A stretch of 64,000 bases of DNA from Chloroflexota bacterium (GCA_022826485.1 JAJDUU010000021.1:65558-129557), one strand, 5' to 3'; shown: positions 18,042-28,497, numbered from the stretch's first letter. A program made the numbers and translations. Notes: generated by a model not told the origin, from the letters alone.

Positions 18042-19847
18042 ATGGCTGGCGACGAGCGCGACCGCTTCGCGGACCGCTGGCTCTCGCGTTCCCCGATCTA
18101 TCTGACCGACCTGGACCGGTGCGAGCCTGCCGCGGCACTGGCCGACGTGCCGGCGTTGCGGCACTGGCGGAAGTTGGCCTTCTCCACCGACGACCTCGAG
18201 GGCACGATGCTGCTGGCGGGGCCACAGACCGCGGCGCCCACCATCACCTATCCGCTCGACGCGTCCGGCTGGCACGCCATCTCCGTTGGACTCGTGCGGT
18301 GCCATGCCGGAGGCCACCACACCCGGGCCAGCGAGCTGGAGCTTCGGCTGACGGATGACCGCGTGCCGACGGTGCTGGTGCTGCCGTCGCTGGCGGATCA
18401 CCATACCGACGAGCCGATGCCGGAGCACCGGGAAGTGGCCGAGCTGTTCTGGAAATACGCGGAGCTGGACGGACGACACCTGGAGCTCGGTCAGCCAGCC
18501 GCCCGCCTGAAGTCCGGCGATGAAGCCGCGTCGTTTGCCTGCGGCGCGGTGCACGTGGCGTATATCAAGCTCGTGCCGCTCACCGACGATGAGGCGGCCC
18601 TCGTCCAAGAAGACGGAAGCGGAGCCGACACGAAGCGACTGTTCGCGCACAACGACTCGCACGGTCCGCACTGGATCTGGCGGCTGACGTCGGCGGACGA
18701 GATTCGCCGCGAGATCGAGCCCTACCGCGATACCGATTTCACCCGCATGTACTGGGAAGCCGGCGGCGGCGACGAGGTCCACTACTTCTCCAAGATTGCG
18801 CACATCCCCACGTGCGAGGCAGTGCACGACTTCAACCGCCGCGGCGATCGGCTGCATGCCGAGAGCTGGCGCGAGTTCCGCGCCGCGGGAGTCGATCCAT
18901 TCGCCGTCGCCGTCGACCACACCCACGAGCTGGGCATGGAGTTCCACGCGGCCTGGCGAATCTCGGGGTTCCACTACCCGCCGCCCATCGACCACAACAA
19001 CTTCGGTGACACGTTCTACGACCGCCACCCGGAATGGCGCGGCGAGGATCGCGACGGCCGGCGCACGCCGATCATGGCCTACACCTACGCCGGCGTCCGC
19101 CAGTTCGCGGTCTCCCTGTTTCGCGAGATGGCGAAATATCCGATCGACGGCGTGTGTCCGCTATATAACCGGCGTCTGCCGCTGGTGGAGTACGAGCCGC
19201 CGTTGGTGGAAGGGTTCAAGCGCGAATTCGGTACCGACCCGCGGGAGTTGGACGAGCGCGATCCAACCTGGCTGGCCTACCGCTCGCGGATCCTCACCCA
19301 GTTCATGCGGGAGCTGCGCCAGGCGATGGACGAGGTGAGCCGCGAGCAGGGGCGGACGAAGCCAATCGCCGTGTCAGCGGTGGTGGAAGGCCGGGAGGCC
19401 GCCAACAGCTTCTTTGGCTGCGACCTCAAGACCTGGGCGCAGGAAGGCCTGGTGGACACGCTGATTCCCTACGTCTCGGACTGGGAGTCGCGCGGGAGCG
19501 TGGCGCCATGGACCGACGCGCGCGAGCTGGACTATTTCCTGGATGCGGTCGACGGGACGTCGTGCGTGCTGGCGCCGAACGTCATGCCGCGCTCGATGAG
19601 TCCGGAGGACTTTCGCCGCCGGGCCGCCACGATCTATGGGGCGGGGATCGAGCACCTGTTCTTCTGGGACTGCGCGGGTGGCGAGGGGCGGGCAAACTAC
19701 CGGCCGATGTGGAGCGCGGTACGTCGCCTGGGCCACGTGGACGAGGTCTTGGCGTGGCGGGACGCGGGAGAGCCGGAGTTGGGCTGGATCTCGTCGGATT
19801 TGCGAAGCGTGGGCGACTGGAGCACGGCCTATGACGACGCCGGGTAG
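18042..19847 (+). CDS. Large hypothetical protein, paralog A (possible TIM-barrel glycoside-hydrolase-like fold)
   Basis: ATG at 18042 (MAGDERDRFADRWLSRSPIYLTDLDRC…). It is colinear with paralog B along its whole length. Shared motifs: AYIKLVPL, FAHND-HG, YWEA, GxEFHA-[WY]R[IV][SA]GFH, YP[IV][DN]GV, NRRxPLxxYE, LVEGF, GLVDT[LV]IPY, CVLAPN-MPR. Confidence 0.6.
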   Translation: MAGDERDRFADRWLSRSPIYLTDLDRCEPAAALADVPALRHWRKLAFSTDDLEGTMLLAGPQTAAPTITYPLDASGWHAISVGLVRCHAGGHHTRASELELRLTDDRVPTVLVLPSLADHHTDEPMPEHREVAELFWKYAELDGRHLELGQPAARLKSGDEAASFACGAVHVAYIKLVPLTDDEAALVQEDGSGADTKRLFAHNDSHGPHWIWRLTSADEIRREIEPYRDTDFTRMYWEAGGGDEVHYFSKIAHIPTCEAVHDFNRRGDRLHAESWREFRAAGVDPFAVAVDHTHELGMEFHAAWRISGFHYPPPIDHNNFGDTFYDRHPEWRGEDRDGRRTPIMAYTYAGVRQFAVSLFREMAKYPIDGVCPLYNRRLPLVEYEPPLVEGFKREFGTDPRELDERDPTWLAYRSRILTQFMRELRQAMDEVSREQGRTKPIAVSAVVEGREAANSFFGCDLKTWAQEGLVDTLIPYVSDWESRGSVAPWTDARELDYFLDAVDGTSCVLAPNVMPRSMSPEDFRRRAATIYGAGIEHLFFWDCAGGEGRANYRPMWSAVRRLGHVDEVLAWRDAGEPELGWISSDLRSVGDWSTAYDDAG

Positions 19848-21615
19848 CGTGCCGCTCGACCGCCACACCGACCGCTGGCTTTCCGCTGCGCCGGTGTACC
19901 TGGCGGACCTGGACCGCTGCGCGCCGGCCGATGCACAGAGCTCCGAACCGGCGTTGCGGCGCTGGCGCGCGCTGCCGTTCACGGCCGAGGCCTGCGCCGG
20001 CACGATGCTGGTGGCCGGTCCCGAAACCGCGGCGCCCGACGTCACCTATCCCCTCGACGTGGAGGGTTGGCACGCAATCTCGATCGGCGTCTACGCCGAA
20101 ATGCACGGCGAGAGCCGCGCGATGCGCGCCCGACTCACGGGAGAGGCGTCCTTCACCTACCTGGCGACTCACCCCGACGAGGGCAACTTTCAGGCCGAGC
20201 ACCTGCTGGAGCGGTTCTGGAAAATCGCCGACTTGACGGATCGACAGATTGAGCTTGGACAGATCAGGCCCCGCGTCGGATCCGGTGACGAGGCCGGATC
20301 GTTCGTCTGCACACCGGCGAACATCGCCTATATCAAGCTGGTTCCGCTGTCACCGGCCGAGGTAGAGGCGCACCTGGCAGACGAGGCCCGCACGGACCGG
20401 CGGCGCATATTCGCGCACAACGACGCCCACGGCTACCTGTGGAACGGCGGGCCGCTCACGGTCGAAGAGATCCAGCGCGAGGTCGCCCCGTTCGCCGATT
20501 CGGACGTGGCGCGGATCTATTGGGAGGCCGCGGTCGGCGACCTGACGTTCTATCCCTCCAACATCGGCCACATGCCGACGGCCGACGGCGTGGAGGACTT
20601 CATACGCGTCGGCGATCTCACGCACGCGCGAGCCTGGCGGCACTTTCGCGACGAGGGAATCGACCCGCTGCGCATCGCCGCCGAGACCGCGCGGTCCGTC
20701 GGAATTGAGTTCCACGCCTCATACCGCGTTGCCGGTTTCCACTTTGCGCCGCCGATCTACGACGCGTGGAACGCCGGCGGGTTCTACCTGGACCATCCCG
20801 AGCTTCGCTGTGTGACACGCGACGGCACTCCGGCACCGCGCCTGTCGTATGCCTTCCCCGAGACGCGGGAGCTCGTGATTTCGCTCTTGCGAGAGATGGC
20901 GAGCTATCCGGTCAACGGCGTCGCGCTGCTGTTCAATCGCCGCCCGCCGCTCTTGGATTACGAGCAAACGTTGGTTGAGGGATTCCAGGCGCAATTCGGC
21001 ATGGACCCCCGCACGCTGGAGGAGCGCGACGAGCGCTGGCTGCGCTATCGGGCCGGCTTCCTGACCACATTCATGCGTGAGTTGCGCGCCGGACTTGACG
21101 CCACGGACCGCGAGCTCGGACGCACCGATCCCACGCAGATCTCGGCGGTCGTGCTGAGCAGCGAAGCCGAGAACCTCTACCGAGCCATCGACCTTCGCAC
21201 CTGGGTCGCTGAAGGCCTGGTGGACACGGTGATCCCCTATACCTCGGCGCCAAACCTCGACAGCGGCGCGGAGGCCTGGGGCGACCCGGCGTCGATCGAG
21301 TTTTTTACCGAGCTGGTCAGCGGGACCGACTGCGTGCTGGCGCCGAACCTGATGCCGCGCTACATGGCGCCCGCCGAACTGCGGCGACGCGCGCGCGAGC
21401 TCTACGACGCCGGCGTGACGCACCTCTTTGCCTGGGATGCCGTGGTCCTCGGCGGGCGCGTGCTGTTCAACGACTATTGGGACGCGCTGCGCCGGTTGGG
21501 CCATCGCGACGAGATCGAGGCCTGGATCGCAGCGGGCGAGCCATCGCTCGGCTCGACCACCATGCGCCTGTTGACGCTCGGCGACTGGGACATGTCCTAC
21601 GCCACGCCGGGCTAG
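19831..21615 (+). CDS. Large hypothetical protein, paralog B (tandem duplicate of 18042..19847)
   Basis: ATG at 19831 (MTTPGSVPLDRHTDRWLSAAPVYLADLDRC…). It overlaps the end of paralog A by 17 nt and has the same motif set as paralog A. Confidence 0.6.
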   Translation: MTTPGSVPLDRHTDRWLSAAPVYLADLDRCAPADAQSSEPALRRWRALPFTAEACAGTMLVAGPETAAPDVTYPLDVEGWHAISIGVYAEMHGESRAMRARLTGEASFTYLATHPDEGNFQAEHLLERFWKIADLTDRQIELGQIRPRVGSGDEAGSFVCTPANIAYIKLVPLSPAEVEAHLADEARTDRRRIFAHNDAHGYLWNGGPLTVEEIQREVAPFADSDVARIYWEAAVGDLTFYPSNIGHMPTADGVEDFIRVGDLTHARAWRHFRDEGIDPLRIAAETARSVGIEFHASYRVAGFHFAPPIYDAWNAGGFYLDHPELRCVTRDGTPAPRLSYAFPETRELVISLLREMASYPVNGVALLFNRRPPLLDYEQTLVEGFQAQFGMDPRTLEERDERWLRYRAGFLTTFMRELRAGLDATDRELGRTDPTQISAVVLSSEAENLYRAIDLRTWVAEGLVDTVIPYTSAPNLDSGAEAWGDPASIEFFTELVSGTDCVLAPNLMPRYMAPAELRRRARELYDAGVTHLFAWDAVVLGGRVLFNDYWDALRRLGHRDEIEAWIAAGEPSLGSTTMRLLTLGDWDMSYATPG

Positions 21616-21643
21616 CGCCGCCCTGCGGCCAGGCGCCTAGAGC

Positions 21644-22843
21644 GTGACGAGCGAGCCGCTGGTGGACGGACCGCGGGCCTGCGCCCTCGAGGAGTTCGAT
21701 GAGGTCCTCGATCTGCTCAACCACGTGTTCCGCGCCGGGTCCGACCAGAAAACGCAGACCGACTATCCGCTGATCTTCGATCCGGCGCGGCGCGAAAACA
21801 TGCGCGTGGTAAGCGTTGACGGCGCCGTTGTGGCGCACGTACCGGTGGCGCCGCGGGGCGTGGTCATCGACGGCGACGCGTTCACACTCGCCATCATCGG
21901 CGGAACGGTGACCCACCCGGATCATCGGCATCGCGGCTACGCGACCGCCTGCCTGCGGGACGGCGTCCGCATCATGGTCGAGCGCGGCTGGCCGGTCTCG
22001 GCGCTGTGGACGATCGAGCCGACGTATCCGTTCTATCGAAACTCAGGCTGGGAGGCGGTCGGGTCGCAGGGATGGATGTACACGCTGGCCGCGGATGACG
22101 CGGCGCGACTGCGGCCCAGCCACCACCGCATCGCCGTCTACGAACCCGGCAACGACGAGCATCTGAGCGCCATCCGCCGAATTCACGATCGCGAGCCGCT
22201 GCGCATCGCTCGCTCGACCGATGAGTACGCGGTCCTGTTCAGCCTGCCCAAGATGCACACTTTCCTAGCCTTCGAGGGTGATGAGGTCGCCGCCTACCTG
22301 ACGGTTGGACAGGGGACGAACAAGCCAGGTCTGGTCGAGGGCGGCGGCGACCGCCTAGCGCTAGAGGCGTTGGTGCGACGCGCGCGCGCCGAGTGGCCGG
22401 CAGACCAGGAACTCCAGGTCGTGCTGCCGCTCACGCCGTGCGCCCTGGGCGACGTGGTCGAGGCAATCAAGCCGGGGCAACGGCGGCCGGTGGAGAAGGC
22501 CAGCGGCGTCGGGTTTCAGATGATGCGGGTGAACGATCTCGGCTTGCTGCTGCGCCAACTAAAGAACCACCTGCGGCGACGGTCGCCGGGCATCCTCGGC
22601 GACGTGTGCATCGTGTGCGAGGACAGCGACGAGTCCGTGTCGCTGCACGTGCGCGACGGTGAGGTCGAAGTCAGCGCCGAGCGCTTGCCGGAGCCGGTCA
22701 CGTTGAGCCGCCGCCAACTGACGCAGCTGGTCTTTGGCGCGCATGCGTCCGTGCCGCCGCTGGAGCTAACGGGAGCGGCGGCCGCGCTGCTTGAAGCCCT
22801 GTTCCCGCTCTACGCGCCAATCTGGGAGATCGATCACTCATAG
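21644..22843 (+). CDS. GNAT-family N-acetyltransferase with C-terminal SCP2-like domain (Eis-like architecture)
   Basis: GNAT core (…LAIIGGTVTHPDHRHRGYATACLRDGVRIMVERG…). Its length (399 aa) and C-terminal region are consistent with the Eis-type layout. GTG start at 21644. Confidence 0.55.
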   Translation: MTSEPLVDGPRACALEEFDEVLDLLNHVFRAGSDQKTQTDYPLIFDPARRENMRVVSVDGAVVAHVPVAPRGVVIDGDAFTLAIIGGTVTHPDHRHRGYATACLRDGVRIMVERGWPVSALWTIEPTYPFYRNSGWEAVGSQGWMYTLAADDAARLRPSHHRIAVYEPGNDEHLSAIRRIHDREPLRIARSTDEYAVLFSLPKMHTFLAFEGDEVAAYLTVGQGTNKPGLVEGGGDRLALEALVRRARAEWPADQELQVVLPLTPCALGDVVEAIKPGQRRPVEKASGVGFQMMRVNDLGLLLRQLKNHLRRRSPGILGDVCIVCEDSDESVSLHVRDGEVEVSAERLPEPVTLSRRQLTQLVFGAHASVPPLELTGAAAALLEALFPLYAPIWEIDHS

Positions 22844-22859
22844 CGCGTCGCGGCAGCGA

Positions 22860-24338
22860 ATGGAGCATTCCGTGAGCCGTCCCAACATCCTGCTCATCGT
22901 CACCGACCAGCAGCGGGGCGACTGCCTCGGCTTGGCGGGTCACCCGGTGCTGCGGACGCCAAACATGGATTACATCGGCGGCGCCGGCACGCACTTCACC
23001 CGCGGGTACAGCGAGGTGCCGTCCTGCATTCCGGCGCGCCACGTGCTGATGTCGGGGCAAGCCGCGGACGTGAGCGGGATGGTGGGGTTCTACTACCGAT
23101 CCGACGAGTCGCCGTGGCGGCCGCCGGCAACGCTGCCCGGCGAGCTGCGCCGCGCCGGCTACGAGACGCGCCTCATCGGCAAGCTGCACCTGCAGCCGCG
23201 ACGCCGCCGCTGGGGGTTCGACGCCATGGAGCTGGCCGACGGCGTGGGCGGGGCCGACAACGACTACGTGGACTGGCTGCGCGAGCGCGTGCCCGACGAT
23301 CAACTCCAAGCCGCGCACGGCGTCGGCTCCAACAGCTGGGTCGGCCGGCCGTCGCACCTGCCGGAGCACCTGAGCTACTCGGCGTGGGTGGTCACACGGG
23401 CGCTGGAGTATCTGGAGAAGCGCGACCCGTCGACGCCGTTCTTTCTCAACCTCTCGTTCTTTCCGCCGCATCCTCCGCTCGCGCCGTCGCGCGTCTTCTA
23501 TGAGCGCTACGCCACGCTCGATCTCCCGGAGCCGGTGATTGGAGATTGGGTGGAGCCGTTGCCGCCGGGCGCATCGCGCGGGCTCGATCCCATCGGCGGC
23601 TCGCAGCGCCTGCATCTCGATCCGCTGACCATGCACTACTGCCGCGCGGCGTACTACGGGCTGATCAACGAGATCGACGCGCAGCTTGGCCGGCTATTCA
23701 ACGCCATTCGCGGCTCGTTGCTGACCAACACGTTCGTGATGTTCGTGTCCGACCACGGCGAGATGCTCGGCGATCACCACCTGTTCGCGAAGACCGAGCC
23801 GTTCGAGGCGTCCGCCCGGATCCCCTTCATGGCGATGGCGCCCCAGCCGGGACGGGGCAAGGTTAATGCCGAGTTTCCCTCGGGAATCACCTGCGACGCG
23901 CCGGTCGGCCTGCAAGACGTGATGCCCACGTTGCTGGACGCGGCCGGCGTGCCGATCCCGTCGGAGGTGACCGGTCGAAGCCTGCTGCCCTTCATGCGCG
24001 GCGCGCAGCCGGAATGGCGCGATGCCTTGCACGGCGAGCACGCCACCTGGCGCACGCCGGACAGCGGCACCCACTGGCTGGTGACGGCCACCCATAAGTA
24101 CATCTGGCACAGCCAGACCGGGCAAGAGCTCCTGTTCGATCTGGTGGCCGATCCGAATGAGCTGCACGACCTGTCCGGCGAGCAGGACCTCGAGCCGTGG
24201 CGTCGGGGAATGGTCGCGGCGCTGGCCGAGCGCCCGGAAGGTTTCACCGATGGGCGCCGGCTCATACCGGGCCAGCCGCATCGCGCGTTCGTACCGGGCA
24301 AGGGGCCGGTCGTCGAGTGGCCGGACGTGGGGCGCTGA
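22860..24338 (+). CDS. Sulfatase (formylglycine-dependent arylsulfatase family)
   Basis: NILLIVTDQQRGDCLG… and the sulfatase signature C-x-P-x-R (…VPSCIPARHVLMSG…). ATG at 22860. Confidence 0.8.
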   Translation: MEHSVSRPNILLIVTDQQRGDCLGLAGHPVLRTPNMDYIGGAGTHFTRGYSEVPSCIPARHVLMSGQAADVSGMVGFYYRSDESPWRPPATLPGELRRAGYETRLIGKLHLQPRRRRWGFDAMELADGVGGADNDYVDWLRERVPDDQLQAAHGVGSNSWVGRPSHLPEHLSYSAWVVTRALEYLEKRDPSTPFFLNLSFFPPHPPLAPSRVFYERYATLDLPEPVIGDWVEPLPPGASRGLDPIGGSQRLHLDPLTMHYCRAAYYGLINEIDAQLGRLFNAIRGSLLTNTFVMFVSDHGEMLGDHHLFAKTEPFEASARIPFMAMAPQPGRGKVNAEFPSGITCDAPVGLQDVMPTLLDAAGVPIPSEVTGRSLLPFMRGAQPEWRDALHGEHATWRTPDSGTHWLVTATHKYIWHSQTGQELLFDLVADPNELHDLSGEQDLEPWRRGMVAALAERPEGFTDGRRLIPGQPHRAFVPGKGPVVEWPDVGR

Positions 24339-24548
24339 GCAGGCGTCGTCCCGCGCCGGCCTCGCAGCCGCCCGTCCACGCCCGCAGGGAGTGACAATCG
24401 AGGCGCACAGCACGGCATGCGTCACAATGATCGACATGCGCGCCGGTCGTTCGCACAGTGCGCCCGATCACCGCCGCGTCCCCGCGAGCATTGCTGCGAG
24501 TGTCAGCGTTGTGCACCACGCCGGCACACCTGAAGGGCCTACTACTCC

Positions 24549-25991
24549 TTGACGCGACTTGCCAACCGCACCGTGGTCTTGCGGGTGGCGGATTGGACGG
24601 GACGGCTCTTGCTCCTGGGGGCCGTGGGACTGTGGTGGGGCGGTCACGTGGGGCCGCAGCTTTTCAGCCTGGCGTTCCCGGCGCTGCTGTCGCCGGACCA
24701 TTTGCTGCGGCCACTGGACCCCGAGCTGGATGAGGGTCTAGCCAACACCCTTTCGGCCGCGACGCTGCTGATCGTGGGGCTGTTGGCCTTTGCCAGCGCC
24801 ATCGCCAGGTGGCGACGGACGAGCGGCATGACGGCTCCCGCGGGCTGGGGCGTGCTGGGAGTGGTCGCCTCGGCGATCGCCGTCAGCGAAATGAGCGACA
24901 CGCACAACGACGCCGTGGTGGCCGCCTTACCGCTGGTGTTCGGCGCGGAGGCGGCCGATGCGGACTGGGCTCGCATCGCGCTGCTCGGCCCACTGCTGGC
25001 GGTGTTCGCCCTGGCGATGTGGATATTCGGCCGCCGTGGACTGGCTACGCCGGCGGTGCGGGTGCCCTTTGTCCTGGGCATTGGAGCCTGGCTGCTGGCG
25101 GTCGCCTTCGACTCCACCCAGCCGATCCTGTTGAACGGCCAGGACGACGTGTTGGGAAGCGTCGTTGAAGAGATGCTCGAATTGAGCGGGGCGCTGTTGC
25201 TTGGCCTGAGCGCCGCCACGGACCTGCGCGGGAATGCCGCGTCACGGCCGTCACCGCACCTGTTCCGCGACCGCTGGCTGAAACCGCTTCTCGGGTCGAT
25301 GGCTCTCGTAATCGTGTTGGGCGCTTTGGCATTCGTCGTGGCATTCCGGGTGCTACTTATCGACGCGCGCGCCACGATCGATCACGACACCCTCGATCTG
25401 CGGCTGTCCGCGCAGGAATCGGTCATGCAGGAGCTGCGGATGCCGGCTGATCCCGTCGGGCGGATTGACCTACAGCTGGCGCATCATGACCCGAACGGCC
25501 GCGCCGGAACCGCGGCCATCCGCATCACCGAACCGGCGAATCCGGAACGGACGCTGGCCGTTGGGTCGGTGGAAGTCCCCGTCGGTGATCGACCGCGATG
25601 GCGGAGCATCGATCTCCTGCCCCCGCTGGCCGAGGCTCACGACCAGCAGCTACAGATCTGGGTGATTGCCGACATCACGCCCGGGACCCAGCTTCAGGTC
25701 GGGGTGACACAGGCAGACCGTTATCCGGACGGGGGGTTTTGGATCAACGGGGAGCCCGGCGAGGCGCACCACGACCTGCAATTCGTGGCCTATGGGGCGG
25801 CCGAGCCGACGTTGAGCAAGCTCCAGGCCGTCTGGCAGACCATATCGTCTGACTGGCGCTGGCCGGTTCTGCTGCTCCGATTGGCCATAGGTTTGACGCT
25901 TATCACCGTAACCCCGGTCGCACTGATCGCCGCAGCAATCGGCGGTCTGGGGCGCGAGGGCCGCTCGCGACCAGGCGGCGACAGCGAGTAG
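24549..25991 (+). CDS. Hypothetical polytopic membrane protein
   Basis: 480-aa ORF with several hydrophobic helices in the N-terminal two-thirds and a C-terminal soluble region. TTG start at 24549 is uncertain. Confidence 0.4.
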   Translation: MTRLANRTVVLRVADWTGRLLLLGAVGLWWGGHVGPQLFSLAFPALLSPDHLLRPLDPELDEGLANTLSAATLLIVGLLAFASAIARWRRTSGMTAPAGWGVLGVVASAIAVSEMSDTHNDAVVAALPLVFGAEAADADWARIALLGPLLAVFALAMWIFGRRGLATPAVRVPFVLGIGAWLLAVAFDSTQPILLNGQDDVLGSVVEEMLELSGALLLGLSAATDLRGNAASRPSPHLFRDRWLKPLLGSMALVIVLGALAFVVAFRVLLIDARATIDHDTLDLRLSAQESVMQELRMPADPVGRIDLQLAHHDPNGRAGTAAIRITEPANPERTLAVGSVEVPVGDRPRWRSIDLLPPLAEAHDQQLQIWVIADITPGTQLQVGVTQADRYPDGGFWINGEPGEAHHDLQFVAYGAAEPTLSKLQAVWQTISSDWRWPVLLLRLAIGLTLITVTPVALIAAAIGGLGREGRSRPGGDSE

Positions 25992-26029
25992 CCCCGACTG
26001 GGGCGCGGGCGCCCGCGGCGGAGCGCTCG

Positions 26030-27490
26030 CTAGATCAGACCGGCCCGCCGCAGGGCGCGCGGCACACGGCTAGCTTGGGCGCGAGCCATGGCGTCGAGCG
26101 TGCCCGCTAGCTCCCCTGCCTGGAAGGCGGCGGCCGGATCAGCCATCGGCCGCGTGCGCAGCCAATCCGCCGCGACGACGGCGTCGTTGTAGTCGCCGAG
26201 GATGTCTTGGAGCGCGGCGAGACGACGCGCTAGGCGCTTCACGGGCTTGCCGCCGTGCCGTTGCACCGCCTCGGCGGCGTAGCGCGCGCGCTTGGCCACG
26301 ATGCGCATGCGGTGCAGCTCGTCGGCGCTGGTGGCGGAGTCGACCTTTGACGCCACGCGGCTCAGGCGTCCCTCGGCCCGGCGGGCCAGAGACCGCAAGT
26401 CGCGCGGCGCCATGTCGTGTGCGTCGTCGAGCACCTGCGGCGACGACGATGCCTCGATGACGCGATCGAGCAACTGGTCGGTGCGCTCGCTCTGAAGCAT
26501 GGTCAGGAGCTCTTCCCGCGCTTCCTGCCGCTCGACCAGCAACCGCGCCAGGACCGACTCGGGCGTGGTGCGCGATGGGTCCAGGGTTCGAGCCGCCGTT
26601 TCGAGCGTCTCGAGCATCACGTCGGCATCGCGAATTGGCTGCATCAGCCCAGCCAGCCACCGGAGCTCGTCGCCCAGCGCACGTCGCCAGGCGTCGTCCA
26701 AGAGGGGTCCAAACGTGCGCATGTTGGAGCGCAGCCGACGCGTGGCGACTCGGGCTTGATGCACGGCCTCGGGATCCTCGTCCAAGACAACCCCCGGCAG
26801 CGCCAGCACCAGTCGCCGCGCGGCCTCGGCGAACGCGGTCCGAATGACGTCGGCCGCCGTGGCGTGGGCGCCGAGCCGGGATACCACCACCTCGGGAGAC
26901 GCCGCGGCGTCGGCATCGATGGCGCGCCGCAGCTTCGGCACGTGAATCGGCACGGTCGCGCCGGCCGCCTGCAAGCGTGTGACGACGTCCCGCACGGTTT
27001 CCTCGGACACATCCGGCTGCAACTCGACTTCCACCTCGCGAAACTGCTTGGCCATGGCGCCGCCGGCATAGGCCGTCACGGCGTCCTCGGAAATCTCGGC
27101 GAGGCCTTGTCCCTCGGCGTCGGTCACATCCGTGGACCGGCGCGTCGTTTCCAAGCGAACCAGCGGGACAACCGGACGCGCGCGAGTGAATGGCCGCACG
27201 ATGGTGAGCGCGTGGCGCGGAGGAGCGTCCGCCGGGCCGTCCACGGGAACCTCGTCTCGCGCGAGCGCGGTGCCGTCGTCGAGCACGGGGAGCTTGACCA
27301 GCCATCCCTCGCCGACGCGATATCGCAGCGTGCAGCCCCAGCGCAGGAGTCGCAGGTCGGCGGTGTCGTAGTACCTGGTGACCAGCTGTCGAGGCTCGTG
27401 GCGGCGCGTCACGTAGGCGGCCAGCGCCCGGTCAAGGTTCAACTCAACGAGCGGATCGATGCCCAGCTTGTGCTCGCGCTCACGGGTCAC
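26030..27490 (-). CDS. CYTH-domain (triphosphate tunnel metalloenzyme) + CHAD-domain protein
   Basis: GTG at 27490 gives VTREREHKLGIDP… (CYTH E-x-E-x-K start). A long helical CHAD region follows (…VHQARVATRRLRS… …MRIVAKRARYAAEA…). Confidence 0.65.
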   Translation of the reverse strand: MTREREHKLGIDPLVELNLDRALAAYVTRRHEPRQLVTRYYDTADLRLLRWGCTLRYRVGEGWLVKLPVLDDGTALARDEVPVDGPADAPPRHALTIVRPFTRARPVVPLVRLETTRRSTDVTDAEGQGLAEISEDAVTAYAGGAMAKQFREVEVELQPDVSEETVRDVVTRLQAAGATVPIHVPKLRRAIDADAAASPEVVVSRLGAHATAADVIRTAFAEAARRLVLALPGVVLDEDPEAVHQARVATRRLRSNMRTFGPLLDDAWRRALGDELRWLAGLMQPIRDADVMLETLETAARTLDPSRTTPESVLARLLVERQEAREELLTMLQSERTDQLLDRVIEASSSPQVLDDAHDMAPRDLRSLARRAEGRLSRVASKVDSATSADELHRMRIVAKRARYAAEAVQRHGGKPVKRLARRLAALQDILGDYNDAVVAADWLRTRPMADPAAAFQAGELAGTLDAMARAQASRVPRALRRAGLI

Positions 27491-27738
27491 CGGCAAGGCC
27501 CAACTCCTGTCCGCCCAACGCCCCGCAGCCCCACGATCCGGCAGCGCGGGCCGACTATCATATAAGCCCCTCGCCGCCCCCTGAGGACCACGTTGTGAGA
27601 CTCGCCGGACTCGCTGGCCTCTTGCGGGCATGGGCGGCGCGGAGTCGCCGAGGGACGGGGGCAACAGCCGGCACGGAGCGAGACGGCGGCGCGTCGGACG
27701 GTGGCCCAGCCGCGCCATCGAGTCGCCGCGCGCCAGCC

Positions 27739-28497
27739 ATGTCGGACCAAGGCGGCATGCCGCCGGGCCCATTTCCGGGGCGGCTGTTCGTTGTGGAAGG
27801 CATTGACGGCTCCGGCAAGAGCACCCAGCTCGATCTGCTGCACAAGTGGCTGACCAGCCGCGGCGTGCTGGTGGTGTCGAGCGAGTGGAACTCGTCGCCA
27901 ATCGTTCGCGGCACCACCCGACGGGGAAAGCGGCGCCGCTTGTTTTCCCCAATGACGTTCAGCCTGATCCACTGCGCGGACTTGGCGAATCGGGTCTACG
28001 AGCAAATCCTCCCGGCGCTGCACGCCGGGGCCACGGTGCTCGCCGACCGCTATATCTACACGGCGTTCGCCCGTGACGCCGCCCGCGGCGTCAATCCCGT
28101 TTGGCTGCGCCACCTCTACGCCTTCGCGCCCAAGCCAACCATGGCGTTCTACTTCGACGTGCCGCTGCCGGAGGCGATTCGGCGGATCGAAGACGGACGG
28201 GCGCGGCTGAAGTACTACGAGGCCGGCATGGACCTGGGGCTGAGCAGCGATCTCAACCGCTCGTTCCAGGCGTTTCAGGGCATGATCCAAACCGAATACG
28301 AGCGGATGCTCGATGAGTTCGGACTGATCTCCATCGATGCGACCGCCCCGCCAACCGAGCAGCAGCACAGAGTCCGGGAGCTTGTGGAGCCCCACATCGA
28401 CGGCGCGCTCAAGATTCAGGACGGCGGCCTGGCCGACGCCCTAACGGCATCGGGGCTCACGGGGCGCTACCTGGACACGCTCGGGGCCCGACGATGA
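27739..28497 (+). CDS. Thymidylate-kinase-like P-loop kinase, paralog A (canonical Walker A)
   Basis: ATG at 27739. The Walker A is …LFVVEGIDGSGKSTQ… and the DRY-type motif is …LADRYIYT…. Confidence 0.65.
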   Translation: MSDQGGMPPGPFPGRLFVVEGIDGSGKSTQLDLLHKWLTSRGVLVVSSEWNSSPIVRGTTRRGKRRRLFSPMTFSLIHCADLANRVYEQILPALHAGATVLADRYIYTAFARDAARGVNPVWLRHLYAFAPKPTMAFYFDVPLPEAIRRIEDGRARLKYYEAGMDLGLSSDLNRSFQAFQGMIQTEYERMLDEFGLISIDATAPPTEQQHRVRELVEPHIDGALKIQDGGLADALTASGLTGRYLDTLGARR

